The notes under the pieces are model-generated. The model did no database searches. It had not been told where the DNA came from and worked only from the letters and a program-made list of their open reading frames with translations. Below, in pieces: positions 24,701 to 35,902 of a DNA stretch of 39,408 bases. The stretch is from Jimgerdemannia flammicorona (taxonomy: Eukaryota), in the NCBI GenBank assembly GCA_003990765.1, contig RBNJ01000143.1:1-39408 (forward strand), read 5' to 3'. Each line of letters begins with the position of its first letter. The stretch's first letter is position 1. A program made the translations under genes and the position numbers.

Positions 24701-25440
24701 TGCCTTTACTGGAGTTTGACATTGGTGATGGAATCAAATGTCAAAGGGGACCAGGCCAGGATCTGTGGCCTAGTGGGTGGCAAGGGGTCAGAATTGGTGA
24801 GGAGTGGGACTAGCAGGGGGTTTGGACCTGGAGTGCCATGGTGAAACATTGGATGCCGCTGAAGTACTGGGTGGTCTGGTGGTATATGCTGAGGAGGAAT
24901 GTAATGCTTAACTTCTGCTCAGGTCACCTTGTCATAGGGGGCTGCTTTGACTGTGAGGAGTGTCATAATGTAGGGTGGGAAGGGGAATATGTACAGATGC
25001 CAGAACATTGGCTTGGGGTGTGTGAGGTGTTGGGTGACTTTTGGCGGGCCATTGGGGACCGCTCAGGGGTAGGGCATAGGGGGGATGATGTATGGGGGAG
25101 GTGGGAAGATCTGAGGGATTGATTGATAGGAGGGGTAGGGGAGGAGTGGCTTACTCTAGGCTGGGTATTGGCTATTTGGGTTGGGCTGGCCAGTCACTGG
25201 CTATTTGTATTTGAGGAGGGGGGGCAATAGAGCTTGGGGAGTCGGGTATCATGGTGGCAGTACCTTATGGAGGATATCTTGACAGGCTGGTGGCTGGGTT
25301 GGGGGCTGCAAGGGGGTCAGAGGCACCATTTGGTGGTGAAAATCTGTGGTCAGAGTGGTGGGAGAGTTGGAGTTGTTGGTGAGAGGGTAGTCTTTACACA
25401 TGATGAGATGGGGAGGGGCCCCCCAATGGGGATAGGGTAG
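21785..25440 (+). pseudogene. LINE A ORF2 (AP endonuclease, RT, C-terminal Cys/His motif), multiple stops
   Basis: SLNVNGL, GGDFN, RIDW, SDH, PGEDG, LDQEKAYD, GLPQGDPLSP, FADD, YLG, CEEC...EHWLGVC; ends GIG*. Confidence 0.95.
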
Positions 25441-25515
25441 GGGGTGGTGTTATTGTATACTTATTCATAGATTGGTAATAAAGACGGAGTCCAAGGGACT
25501 ATAAAAAAAAAAAAA

Positions 25516-26351
25516 GAGACAATGACCACTGGCATGAATACCAACCCACCTTCACCCCCAATTACTTCAACTATAATGAAGAGACCGGAGAACACAACCT
25601 ATACCTGCAGACAACCCTGGAGATTGAACCAACCACTCCACTACCTGAGAACGAGTGATATGAACCACAGCTGCCAGCTTACTACAATCCTGCAACTCAT
25701 AGTGCTGTAACCTATAGAAGGTACACAGACAGTGAATCCAATGAAAGCAAAGATGATATACCCATCCTTCATCCACCAACACCTTATCCAGCCTATGAGA
25801 CAGATGATGCTATCCTGTAGGATGGAGATGAAGTCCCAATGTATTACTACCTCAGTAAATAAGAAGAAGTAATCCGCGAACCACTTTCCTAGATGACTAC
25901 TTCATCAGAGATGATGCAATCAATGGTGATGTCATCGAGGACTACCCAGATAGTGCCTAAACCCATAAATAGCCTAGCAGTTATAGTATAGTTAGATTAG
26001 CCTGGTACAACATGACTGTGAACTGACTCAGTAGTCAGATGATCTCTTGACATGTCAGATCACACTTGTACTACATGACTGCATTCCAACTCAGCAAGGT
26101 ACTTAGTACAACATCCATATTCAGCATAGTCCAGATAGCCCCTCACTAGTATAAATACCCACTCCCCCAGACCTCAGAATCTCAGACTCGAACACACAAG
26201 AACATTCCTGAATACTTCCCCACAATATCCCTTCACACAACTACTCCTAGTATAGCAATATCATGAATGGCAAATAAACCTATTCAATAAACCACAAACC
26301 ACTCTTAAGTAAATCCGCTCTCTGTTAGGTCCTACTCCTAACTCCCTTACA
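25516..26351 (+). repeat. Distal part of E3 5' LTR (left end lost at LINE A)
   Basis: TATAAATA 26150-26157, two AATAAA, ends CTTACA, the inverse of TGTAAG that starts the 3' LTR; left extent inferred, no overlap with the visible 3' LTR. Confidence 0.6.
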
Positions 26352-26383
26352 AAATTTCCTAATTGGGTATTGTCTGCAGCGAT

Positions 26384-29300
26384 ATGCCAATTCAACTAAG
26401 CTGGTCTTAGTTTCTTGAACTTCCTGTAATACGGAAATCCTGAATATCCAGAACTAGTCCGAAAAAAGGACTTTGGTTGAGATGTCAACCCGATCATGAA
26501 ATCAATAAGCATAAAGGACGTACTCCATATGAAATTGATCTTGACCATAAAAAAATGGTCTTCCAGAATATCCAGAACTTCCAGAAAACCCTTCCAGAAC
26601 TACGTAATGGTTACCATAAAAAGCAACCCTCTTACAACTTGGTAGCAGTGGTTTACAATCCAATTCCGCTTCAAGATGCTTCCTCACCCTGCTACAAACC
26701 CTTCTGAGAATTCTTACAAGTTGGTATAAAGTCCAACATTCGAACTGGAATTTATCCTGAACCATCTGACAATCTGGAGAGAATTGAACCTGACGTACAA
26801 GGACAATTTGACCTCTACACCTGCAACAAGTGGGACAAACTTCATTCTAAGAAAGAAGTATACCAGCAAATAGGCAAAACCCTATTCACCGAACTCCTTG
26901 CACTACACCCAGCAAGTCAAGATGAAGAGAAGCCTTCTTTACTCTTCTCAACAAGAGTTTTGTCAGCTCCACAAATCCGAGTGACCTAGGACAACCAGCA
27001 GCAGTCTTTCTAGCCTTAGTTCCTCACGAAGCACAAGTGTCTGTAGCCAAGTGGCTCAACTCTACCAACTTTCACCATACCAGGACCAAGACCACATTAT
27101 ACTACCGATTCCAGAACAGCAAGGCCTGCCATATTCTTAAAGAAGAAGCAAGAGAAACCCTTCATCAACTACCTGATCCTGAACCCGAAGCAGGCCCTGC
27201 TACAGCCCTACCTGTATCAGAAACTAACACTGAACCTGAACTTGACTTTGAATTAAGTCCATCTGAAATCAGATATACAACTGATTCCGTCTACTTTGAT
27301 GCTGAGCAAACCCAATTACACAGGGACCAAACCAAAGAGGAGGAGGAGTATCTCACTGAATTCGATCCCAGATACACCACCGAAGGAGACACACATCCAT
27401 CAGGACAGAATATACCTACACAGCAACAAACAGTTATCTATCAAGCCCTTACTCCAGATCCACAACTACTACTCCAGCAACTTACACAGACCCAAAGAAC
27501 TCCATCACACTCTGCACCAGTACCTCAAGTAGTACCAGTAACACCATTACCAGCAGTCCAACCGCCTCCAGTAAACAACATGGTGAACCAACAGATTCTT
27601 GATCTCACAGCCCAAGTAGCTACAATGGCAGCAACTATTACTGCCTTAGCTAAACAGACCTGACCTACAAAAAATCTGAGTCTACCTACCTTCAATGGTA
27701 CTGCACAAGAAGTCCAAAGCTTTATTAGTGTAGTTGACACCAACTTCAAAGCCAATCAATGGACCAATGAGCGAGTTGCTGACCATGTTCTGATAAACAA
27801 TCAAGACCACACTCTGGAACAACTCTTTGCTACCACTACAGCCTATGTCCACCAAGTTGTTACATTCTCCCAAGGACCTGCCAAAGAATGGTGGCGAACC
27901 CTTCCTGAAAAACCCCTCACATGGGATACCTGACCTGCAGTAGTTGCTCAGAATGCAGCAAACAATGCCCCAGGATATGGAGCCCATCCTGCAGCCCCTG
28001 GACTCAAACAACTCATGATCACTCAATACTGCAGCGAAACCATGATTGCTGAGTCTCAAGTAAAACTCCACAGCCTCAAATTTGATATACATGACAAAGA
28101 AGAATTCGAAACCTTCTGTACAAAACTTGAGTCACTCCTGAACACTGTTGGCCTAGGATATATTGCCAACAATGAAGCATGAAATGGTACAAGAGCAGAC
28201 CATTTATTTGATGCCCTGCCTGAATGGTTTACCAGAAATATCTGAGAACAAGGCTGCCCAGTTGGTGGTAACTACCAACAATGATGCCTGGTAAGAATCA
28301 AGACTATGGTTAAGCAAATCCTAACAGCTGGACCAATTCTGCCCCGAAGACAATTTAACAATAATGAAAAGACTTGGACCAAGAAAGAAGAACCCAAACA
28401 TAAAGCATCCCGAGCTCCCTCCACATCTATCTCTTGGATGCCAAGAAATCATGAACCTACCCAGCCAAGTATCTTCAAGAAACTTACTGAAGGTGAAAGG
28501 AATGAACTTCGAAGAAGTGGAGCATGCTTCTATTGCTGAAAGACAGGACACATGGCCAGTGCCTGCCCTAACCAAAAACCCTGAACAGCAACAAGAGCAA
28601 CTGTTACCACTCTGCACCACCTCAACAACCTGACCACTAGAACACGGAACTTTGTCAAGTTAAGACAAACTGCTAAGGCCCCAATCAAAGGAAGTCAGAA
28701 AGCAGCTGGATATGACCTATATGCAGCCGAAGAAGCTACAGTTTCCAACTGAGAAGTCAAACAAGTCTATACAGGAATCAGCATCCAAATCCCTGAAGGA
28801 CATATTGGAAGAATATGCTGTCGCAGTAGCCTAGCATTGAAAGGACTCTCAGTAGAAGGAGGAGTCATTGATGAGGATTACACAGGCGAAATTATTGTCC
28901 TCATCCGAAATCACAGTTGGACACCCTTCAAGATCCCTATTGGTTTCTGCATCGCCCAGATCCTATTTGAAAAAATTGAGTCAACCCTGACAGTCAAGGA
29001 AGTCCCTGAACTACTGCCCACCATCTGAGGATCCAAAGGATTTGGCTCATCCAATAAGGCCCCAGCCCAACCTACCATGAACAAAGAAGAACAATTCTAC
29101 AAGAAGATCAAAGATGGATATGTACCAAGTGGCTGATGTCCTCATGGCATTAGAATATACTCTTCCTGAATGATTGATGATTGCTTCTCTTGTGTCAATG
29201 AACTGGCTCAAAGAAGAACCAACAGAAGGAAAGCTCCTACAACCGAAATCACTACCATTGGATCAGACAAACTACTCACACTTAAGGCTTTTGTCAACCA

Positions 29301-30146
29301 AGCACCTGTCAAGATTATGATAGACAGTGGTGCCTCAGGCAACTTCATCAATAAAGAGATAGCCAACAGACTCAAGGTCTTTACCTCTCCAGTACAGCAA
29401 ACTCAAGCAGTTGCTACAGCCAATGGGACCTCACATGTTATTAGCAATGAAGTCTGCAATCTACCCCTCCGAATTGGTGACTACTGAGTACATGTTATCC
29501 TCCAGATCATACCACTCCCTGACAATGAAATCATCCTTAGGACTCCATGGTTAAAATAAGAGAACCCTATGATCGATTGGGTAAACCATTCTCTGACCAT
29601 CAAGAAAGGATGCCACAACTTCAAACTGCAAGGTGAAAAAGACCCACTTAATTCTGGTGACCCTGGACCAAAGATCACCCACATCAACAAGTTACAACTC
29701 AAGAAATTGGTCAAGAAATGCCCTCTCTTCGCCATCTCCATCTGCTCATCCAAAGGAGAACCTGAGAACTCTGAAGAAGATTTTTCCAAAGTTGACAGCC
29801 ATGTTAGACCACTACTCCAGAAATTTCGAGACATATTCCCAAAAAAGCTCCCGAAAGACCTACCTCCTAAGCGAGCAGTAGACCATGCCATCAAGACTAT
29901 TCCAGATACCAAACCAGCCTTCAAGTCAATCTACCACATGTCTCTGAGAGAAATCGATGCACTCAAGAAAGAAATTGCAAACTCCTAGAATAAGGATTCA
30001 TCAGACCCAGTGTATCACCTTATGGTGCACCAGTCTTATTTGTTGTCAAGAAAGGAGGAGACCTATGAATGTGTATTGACTACCATGATCTCAATGAACA
30101 GACCATCAAGAACTGTTGCCCACTACCAAGGATTGATGAAATATTT
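26384..30146 (+). pseudogene. gag-pol: E3 polyprotein 5' part: unknown N-terminal region, Gag, knuckle, dUTPase, CPHG module, PR, RT start
   Basis: ATG 26384; track ORFs 27037/28306/28837/29170/29569 share one frame; LPTFNG, IDSGASGNFI, LPPKRAVDHAI, SPYGAPVLFV, LPRIDEIF. Confidence 0.88.
28651..29052 (+). other. dut: dUTPase domain in E3 (between Zn knuckle and protease)
   Basis: AAGYDLYA, RSSLA, GVIDEDYTGE, IAQ, (R)GSKGFGSS. Confidence 0.95.
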
Positions 30147-30231
30147 TTTTTTTTTTTTTTTTTTATAGTCACTTGGACTGCCCTTTATTACCGAAGTCTA
30201 TAGTTCTAACAATACAATGTCACCCTCACCC

Positions 30232-33200
30232 TCAGCCAATGCCCCTTGGCCCCAACCCACCTCCCTCAATCTCCTCCTGCCCGAGCACCACCCAATTACC
30301 CACTACCCGAATCCTCCCCCTACTCTTCTGGGATATACACTATACCAAGCCCCTGCAGCGACCCCCCCCTAGCCCCCAACCCTACCACCAACTATTCAAA
30401 ATGTCCAATAGCAACCATTCCCAATGTGCCACCTTGTCCCCGACCCCAACCTGATGCCCTTCTTCAAAAACATGAACCCAATGCCCAGCCAACCCAACCC
30501 ACATAGCCAAAGCCCAACCAAGGGTCAGCCATTCATCCCCAACTCCACCCACCAGTCGCTGGCAGAGCTCTCCCCATCTTCCCCCTCCCTCTCCCTCCAA
30601 TGCACCCAGCCCTAACCTATCCATAATACATTTCCAAAACTGCTCCAAAACCTCACACTCACCAAGCCAATGTTCAGGCATTTGTACCACTCCCCCCTCT
30701 TGACCAACATTGAAACAATCCTTGCACTCGAATGCTCCACCATCCACCAAGTGCCCTGACTGATAGTTCAACATCACATTCCGCTGTAGGACCTGCCACC
30801 ACACCACCCAGAACTTGGGGGGCAGCCACTGCCTCACCATTTTGCTCCAAGGCCAGAGTCCATGCCAATCCCACTCCTCACCAATTCCAACCCTCTGCCA
30901 GACTTTGGGCCACAGGTCTCCACCTAGGCCTCGCAGACACTCCAAACCTTCACTAAGCTGAAAGTCCTCCACCAGAACACCACCCAGAAGAAGCCTATCC
31001 CACCACCACATCCTTGGTCCCCAGTCCTCTGCAGCCTCATCACCTCGCCAGCGAAGTCCAATTTTCTTGGCACCATCCACCACCCCCTACCAGAAACCCA
31101 TAAATCACATTCTCCTGCTCCCTTCCATGGCCACCATCACAAGCAGGTCACCAGAGTCACCACATGGGGAGTACTGAACCTCCCACAACCTCTGCATGAG
31201 TGGTACCCACTCCTGACCCTGCAGCTCACTCACCCTTCGCAACCACCAAGCTTGCAAACAAAGAAGCTGCCTAGTAAAGTCCACTAAGCTCAGCCCACCT
31301 CTTTCCAAGGGCAGTGTGAGAACCTCCCAACCAACCTGGCTGCGCTGCCCACCCCAGATCCATGACCTCGCCATCTTCAACAGCCCCTTGACCACCCAGG
31401 TTGGGAAATCCAAATGATAACCAACATACCACAGCTTAGGCATCCAATACATATTCAGCACCATCACCCTTCTAGCTAGTGACATGTGCCGGCCACCCCA
31501 ACACAACAGAACATTTCCCCACTCCTGAAGCTGATGGTCCCACCAAGCCCGGGGAAGAAGAGAACCAAATACTGAAAAGTAGATTCCCAAGTACTGCACC
31601 GGTTCGCCCACCAGTACCACCATCCCAATGACATCGCCACCAACAATGCCAGCTCCTAGCACCAGTGTCTCGCATTTGTGCCAGTTTAGTTTAGCACTGG
31701 AACCCCTCTCATACCATTCCACAGATCTCTGCAACTCCCCCACATCCTCCATGGAGCCCAGCCCGACCACTATATCATCAGCAAAGGCCCCCATCTTCCA
31801 ATTGACCTCAAGAATGTCCAAACCCCCAATCTGCCACTGAATTCTGTCCAGTAGGGGCTCTAGAGAAAGGGCATACAAAATGGGTGACAATGGGTCCCCT
31901 TGCGGCACCCCACGCCCTAGGGAAAAAGTCTCCCCCCTGTGGCCATTAATGACCAGTGCTACCTGACTGTCCTCCAGGAGGCATTAAAGATCCTTGAAAC
32001 CCTGGGGGAATGCCAATCTGTTTCAGCACTCCTACTAGCCATATCCTCTGCACTTGATCAGGGGCTTTCTCCTGGTCCAGAAACACCAACCTGCCATCTA
32101 CCCCTGTCGCCCGGGCACCTTCAATTACTCCATGAACCCAAGCCATCCCATCTCGAATCAGCCGACCACTGACAAACCCATGCTGCTCCACACCCAGCAC
32201 CTGCTGAGCGATCCCCTGCAGCCTCATCACCAAGATCTTTGTCACCAGTTTGTGGTCCATGTCGAGAAGCATGATCAGCCGCCAGTTTTTCCAATCCTCT
32301 CTCCTCTCTTTGTTCTTGTAGAGGAAGGAAACTAGCCCCAATTGCTGTCCCCTAATCCAAGCACCAGACTGAAGGACCCCATTACACATGGCAGTCATTT
32401 CCTCAAGCACCTTGCCCACCCCAGCCATCTTCTCCCAAAAATCCCAGAGAAGTCCATCCTCTCCTGGGGCGGTCCCCTTACTTGTCGAAGCCACAACCCT
32501 GCAAATTTCACCACCACTCACTGGGTCCCCCAATGCTCCAAGTCCCATTGCAGGGTCCGGGTGCCAATCTTCCAGCTGTCTGTCAACGTCCAAAGCATCC
32601 ATTCCACCCTTCTCTTGGTTCTCAATAGGTCCAGAATTGCCAGAGTCCCTACCATCAGCCTGCCCTCCTCATCCAGAACTCCCTCCCACTGCTGTTTCGT
32701 TTGCCGCACTCATAACATTCATGACAAAAACCTAGTAGGTCTCTCCCCCTCTACTAGCCCCTGCCACCATAGTCTGGCCACCATTCCTTGCATCTGCACC
32801 TCTTCCTCCCAGCATAACACCCCTTGAAGCTCTACTATCTCCTGCCAGATTCGAACAATGCACCAATCAGACATGTCCCCATCCTCCAGCACACCTGCCC
32901 ATCTTTCCATGAGTGCCTCCAGGCGCCGTGAGGCCCACAGCCCCCTCCACCTCTGCTGACCACACTTTCCTTTCCCAGCCTCTCTCCAATAGCCCTGAGC
33001 ATTTACCTTCAAATGTCTCCAGCAGTCCTCAATCCCAAGGCCTTGTTCCTGCCACCTGCCAATATTTCCCACCACCTCTATCTCCCAACTCTCCCACAAT
33101 GCTGTATCCTCCAATAATGCAGAATTCAGCTACCAATGTCCAGGCCCATCCTCATTACCCCCAAACCTCCCCCCCCCATGCAGCCCCCAGTGATCAGACC

Positions 33201-33870
33201 ATGGACACCATACTACTTCCAGTGCTGACCAGACATCTGCACCCCAACACTCCACAGTCAGAACCCAGTCAATCCTGGAGCCCAGCCCTGCTACCCAGTG
33301 GGTATATACCTGTTGCTCGGCCCAAAAATGTCTTCCCGAGTCCACTAAAGAACACAACCTCTCCATTTCTAACCAGTCACCCAACCCACCACTTTCACCC
33401 TGCACACCTTGCACGCTATCCATTCTATCTATCTCCTTATCCTGGACCATGTTGAAGTCACCCCCCATACAGTCCAGCCCAACATCTCCCAATACATCAG
33501 TCTCCTTCAATCTGTGAATCCACTCCACTCTCTCCCCTCTCTCAGCTGGGCAATAGCAAGACCCAACCATCAATGAGCCCCATCAAGGCCTTTTCCACAT
33601 TCCCCACACCACCCTAGACCCCCAATGTCCAATGTCCTCAATGTCCCCCATCCCTTTCCTAATGAGAATACACACTTTTCCCCTCCATACAGCCATGCTC
33701 CCCCATTGTCTAGTCCAATCCTGTAAGTCCACATCTGCCTCATAATGAACATCCTATAACAAGAAGAGGTCTGCATCCAGTCCCTTAAGCTATCCAAATA
33801 TATACTTCCTCCTAGCTGCCCCCCGTAACCCATTAATGTTCAGCGAGAATATCTTAGTTGTACTGTTCAT
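30232..33870 (-). pseudogene. LINE B ORF2 (APE-RT-CCHC), stops and frameshifts
   Basis: MNSTTKIFSLNINGLRG, GGDFN, SRIDW, SDH, PGEDG, PQGDPLSP, FADD, CKDC...EHWLGEC, ends GIG*. Confidence 0.93.
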
Positions 33871-33900
33871 ATTGGAAAAATGTGGTAAAAGAGACCCAGC

Positions 33901-35817
33901 CTAGAATTCCATGCTCATCCCATCCCCAGCCAGATCTAAGGGCCATTCAGCTTCCAAGTCCCCCTTCACAATATCCTGAGCATCCAGCACCCCCAAGATT
34001 TCCTGGCATTCCACCCTGTCCACTTCTTCTATATCTGACTGGTAGTCCAAGCAGACCACACGCCACTTCTCCAGTCCCTTCCTCACAGTCTACAAGAAAA
34101 GTGCCCTCTCACTCGCCACCTTCCTAAGTTCCTCCTCATGCTGATCATCAATCTGATACTCAACTGACTCCAGGAGGACTGCCAGGATCTCATTTCTCAT
34201 CTTCCTCAGCACCTCCTCTCCTCTAAGGATCTCCTCCCAGTGCCTCTCTTCCATCACCCTGAAATCTTCTCCCCCCAGCTCTTCAGCTGCAACCCCTTCC
34301 AGGGTCTTCCACATCCACTTCTCCTCATCCACTGCCTCTGCCACACCCTGGGTGATTTGTCCCCCATCCACCTCGGGGTCCGCCAGTGCACTCCTCCTTA
34401 TGGACTCATCCCACTCCTCATCCGGCACATCCAGCAGCTCCTCCTCTCCCTCAGCTCCACCCAGGACACTATACGTAGGGTGCACACCCTCACCCATTTT
34501 GGTATCTGCCTCCAAGCTGCCTACTCTCTCTTCCCCCACTCCAACCTGAGCTGCACTCCATGCCATTCCTCCCCCTTCAGCCCAGGCACTCTCGCTCAAC
34601 CCTGCACCTCCCTCCTCTGAGCTATCACTAGCCCTACCCTCACCCAATGATGCCAGCAGCTCCTTCTGGATTCACCTTCCCTGCAACTTCTCCCAGGCCC
34701 CTTTTTCCATCCAGACCCTCTTCCCCTCAACCTCCCCCACCATCGTCCTGGCCTCAAACTCCATCCAGGCCAATCTCCTCCTAGCCACCACCCCTTCCAG
34801 ATCCTCCAGGGCCTCCAATAGGTCCTCCTCCTCCTCTGTGGTCCCCTTCACCCTCATGACCTTACATTCCACTGGTCCCCACCTCAGCACCGCTGGCCAG
34901 TTCCTCGACTTCCCCGTATTCTCTTTTCCAGCCAGCCTCACCCTGACATTGACATCTCCAGTTCTAAGCTCCATGCCCTCCTAGACTTTGAACCCAACAT
35001 CCACAATCTCGCCATACTCCTTGATTGCCTCCACAACTAACTCCCTGGTCCTCTCCTTTGACATGGTAGGGAGGTCCAACACCATCAACTGCACTACTTG
35101 GGGGTCCCAGCGCATGCACCGGGCCATAGAGACCACCACCCCACCAACCTTCAACCCCTTCTCCATGGCTGCCAACAAGGTGTCTTCCTCCTCAAATCCC
35201 ACCTTGACTCCTTCTTTCCCCCTCAAAAACTTCACTGATGCAGCATCCTTAGTCTCCTGTGCCACCAGCCCCAGAATCATCCTCACTGTCACTGCCAAGC
35301 CCCGGAAGCACATCATGACCGCACATTCTGACTGTGACTTCTTGAGTAACGGGGCTGACACCATGTCTGTCATGCCATCTGCCAGGTCCCCAGGCCTCAT
35401 GCCCCCATCCAGTTCTGAATCGCCAACCACTGTCATATCTGGATTTTTTACCAGATCCCCAGTCACAGCCTCATCAACAGTCACATCTCCTTCCCCTACA
35501 CTGGCTCCTCCCCTGCCCCCAGAGACTCCCCTGGGTACACCTCCCTGTCCCCCAGCAGCAGCAACCGACGCCTTCCCCAGGCCCAGTCAGCCATCCAGAC
35601 CTGAGGCCATCTTTCCCATTCTGACCTTGTCAGCGAAGGTCGACCTATCCCCTCCTCTCTGCCTCAGCCCACCCCTCCCTCCACCACCAGGGCCTCAGCT
35701 AGCCATCATGACCTCCAGCATCCCCAAACCATCTCTCTTCCTCCCCACCTGCTGCCAGCCAAAGGCACCGGCACCCCCCTGGCCAGTATGCTCACCAGTT
35801 TGATCATTGCCATCCAT
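33901..35817 (-). pseudogene. LINE B ORF1, several stops
   Basis: MDGNDQTGEHTGQGG..., PLLKKS, CFRGLAVT, EYGEIVDVGF, RTGDVNVRV; colinear with LINE A ORF1. Confidence 0.85.
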
Positions 35818-35902
35818 GTTAATAGTCGCTGTACACCAAAAACACAGTGAAAAGTGTTGTCTGAGTCTTGTGTCACCTGAATGTTACTGGTGAAAGATGT
35901 GC

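Larger units (their letters stand above)
19639..25515 (+). mobile_element. LINE A: full-length L1/Tx1-type non-LTR retrotransposon
   Basis: 5' end homologous to the TSD-defined 5' end of LINE B; ORF1, ORF2 (APE-RT-CCHC), AATAAA 25477-25482, poly(A) 25503-25515. Confidence 0.95.
30144..35902 (-). mobile_element. LINE B: full-length L1/Tx1-type element inserted in E3 RT
   Basis: Poly(T) 30144-30164; TSD ggattgatgaaatattt at 30130-30146 and 35903-35919; removing it restores RT ...LPRIDEIFNKL... Confidence 0.97.

Noticed and set aside
19694-35803. Many long Ser/Pro/Leu-rich ORFs antisense to the LINEs
   Set aside because: Shadow frames of G-rich coding strands; no motifs
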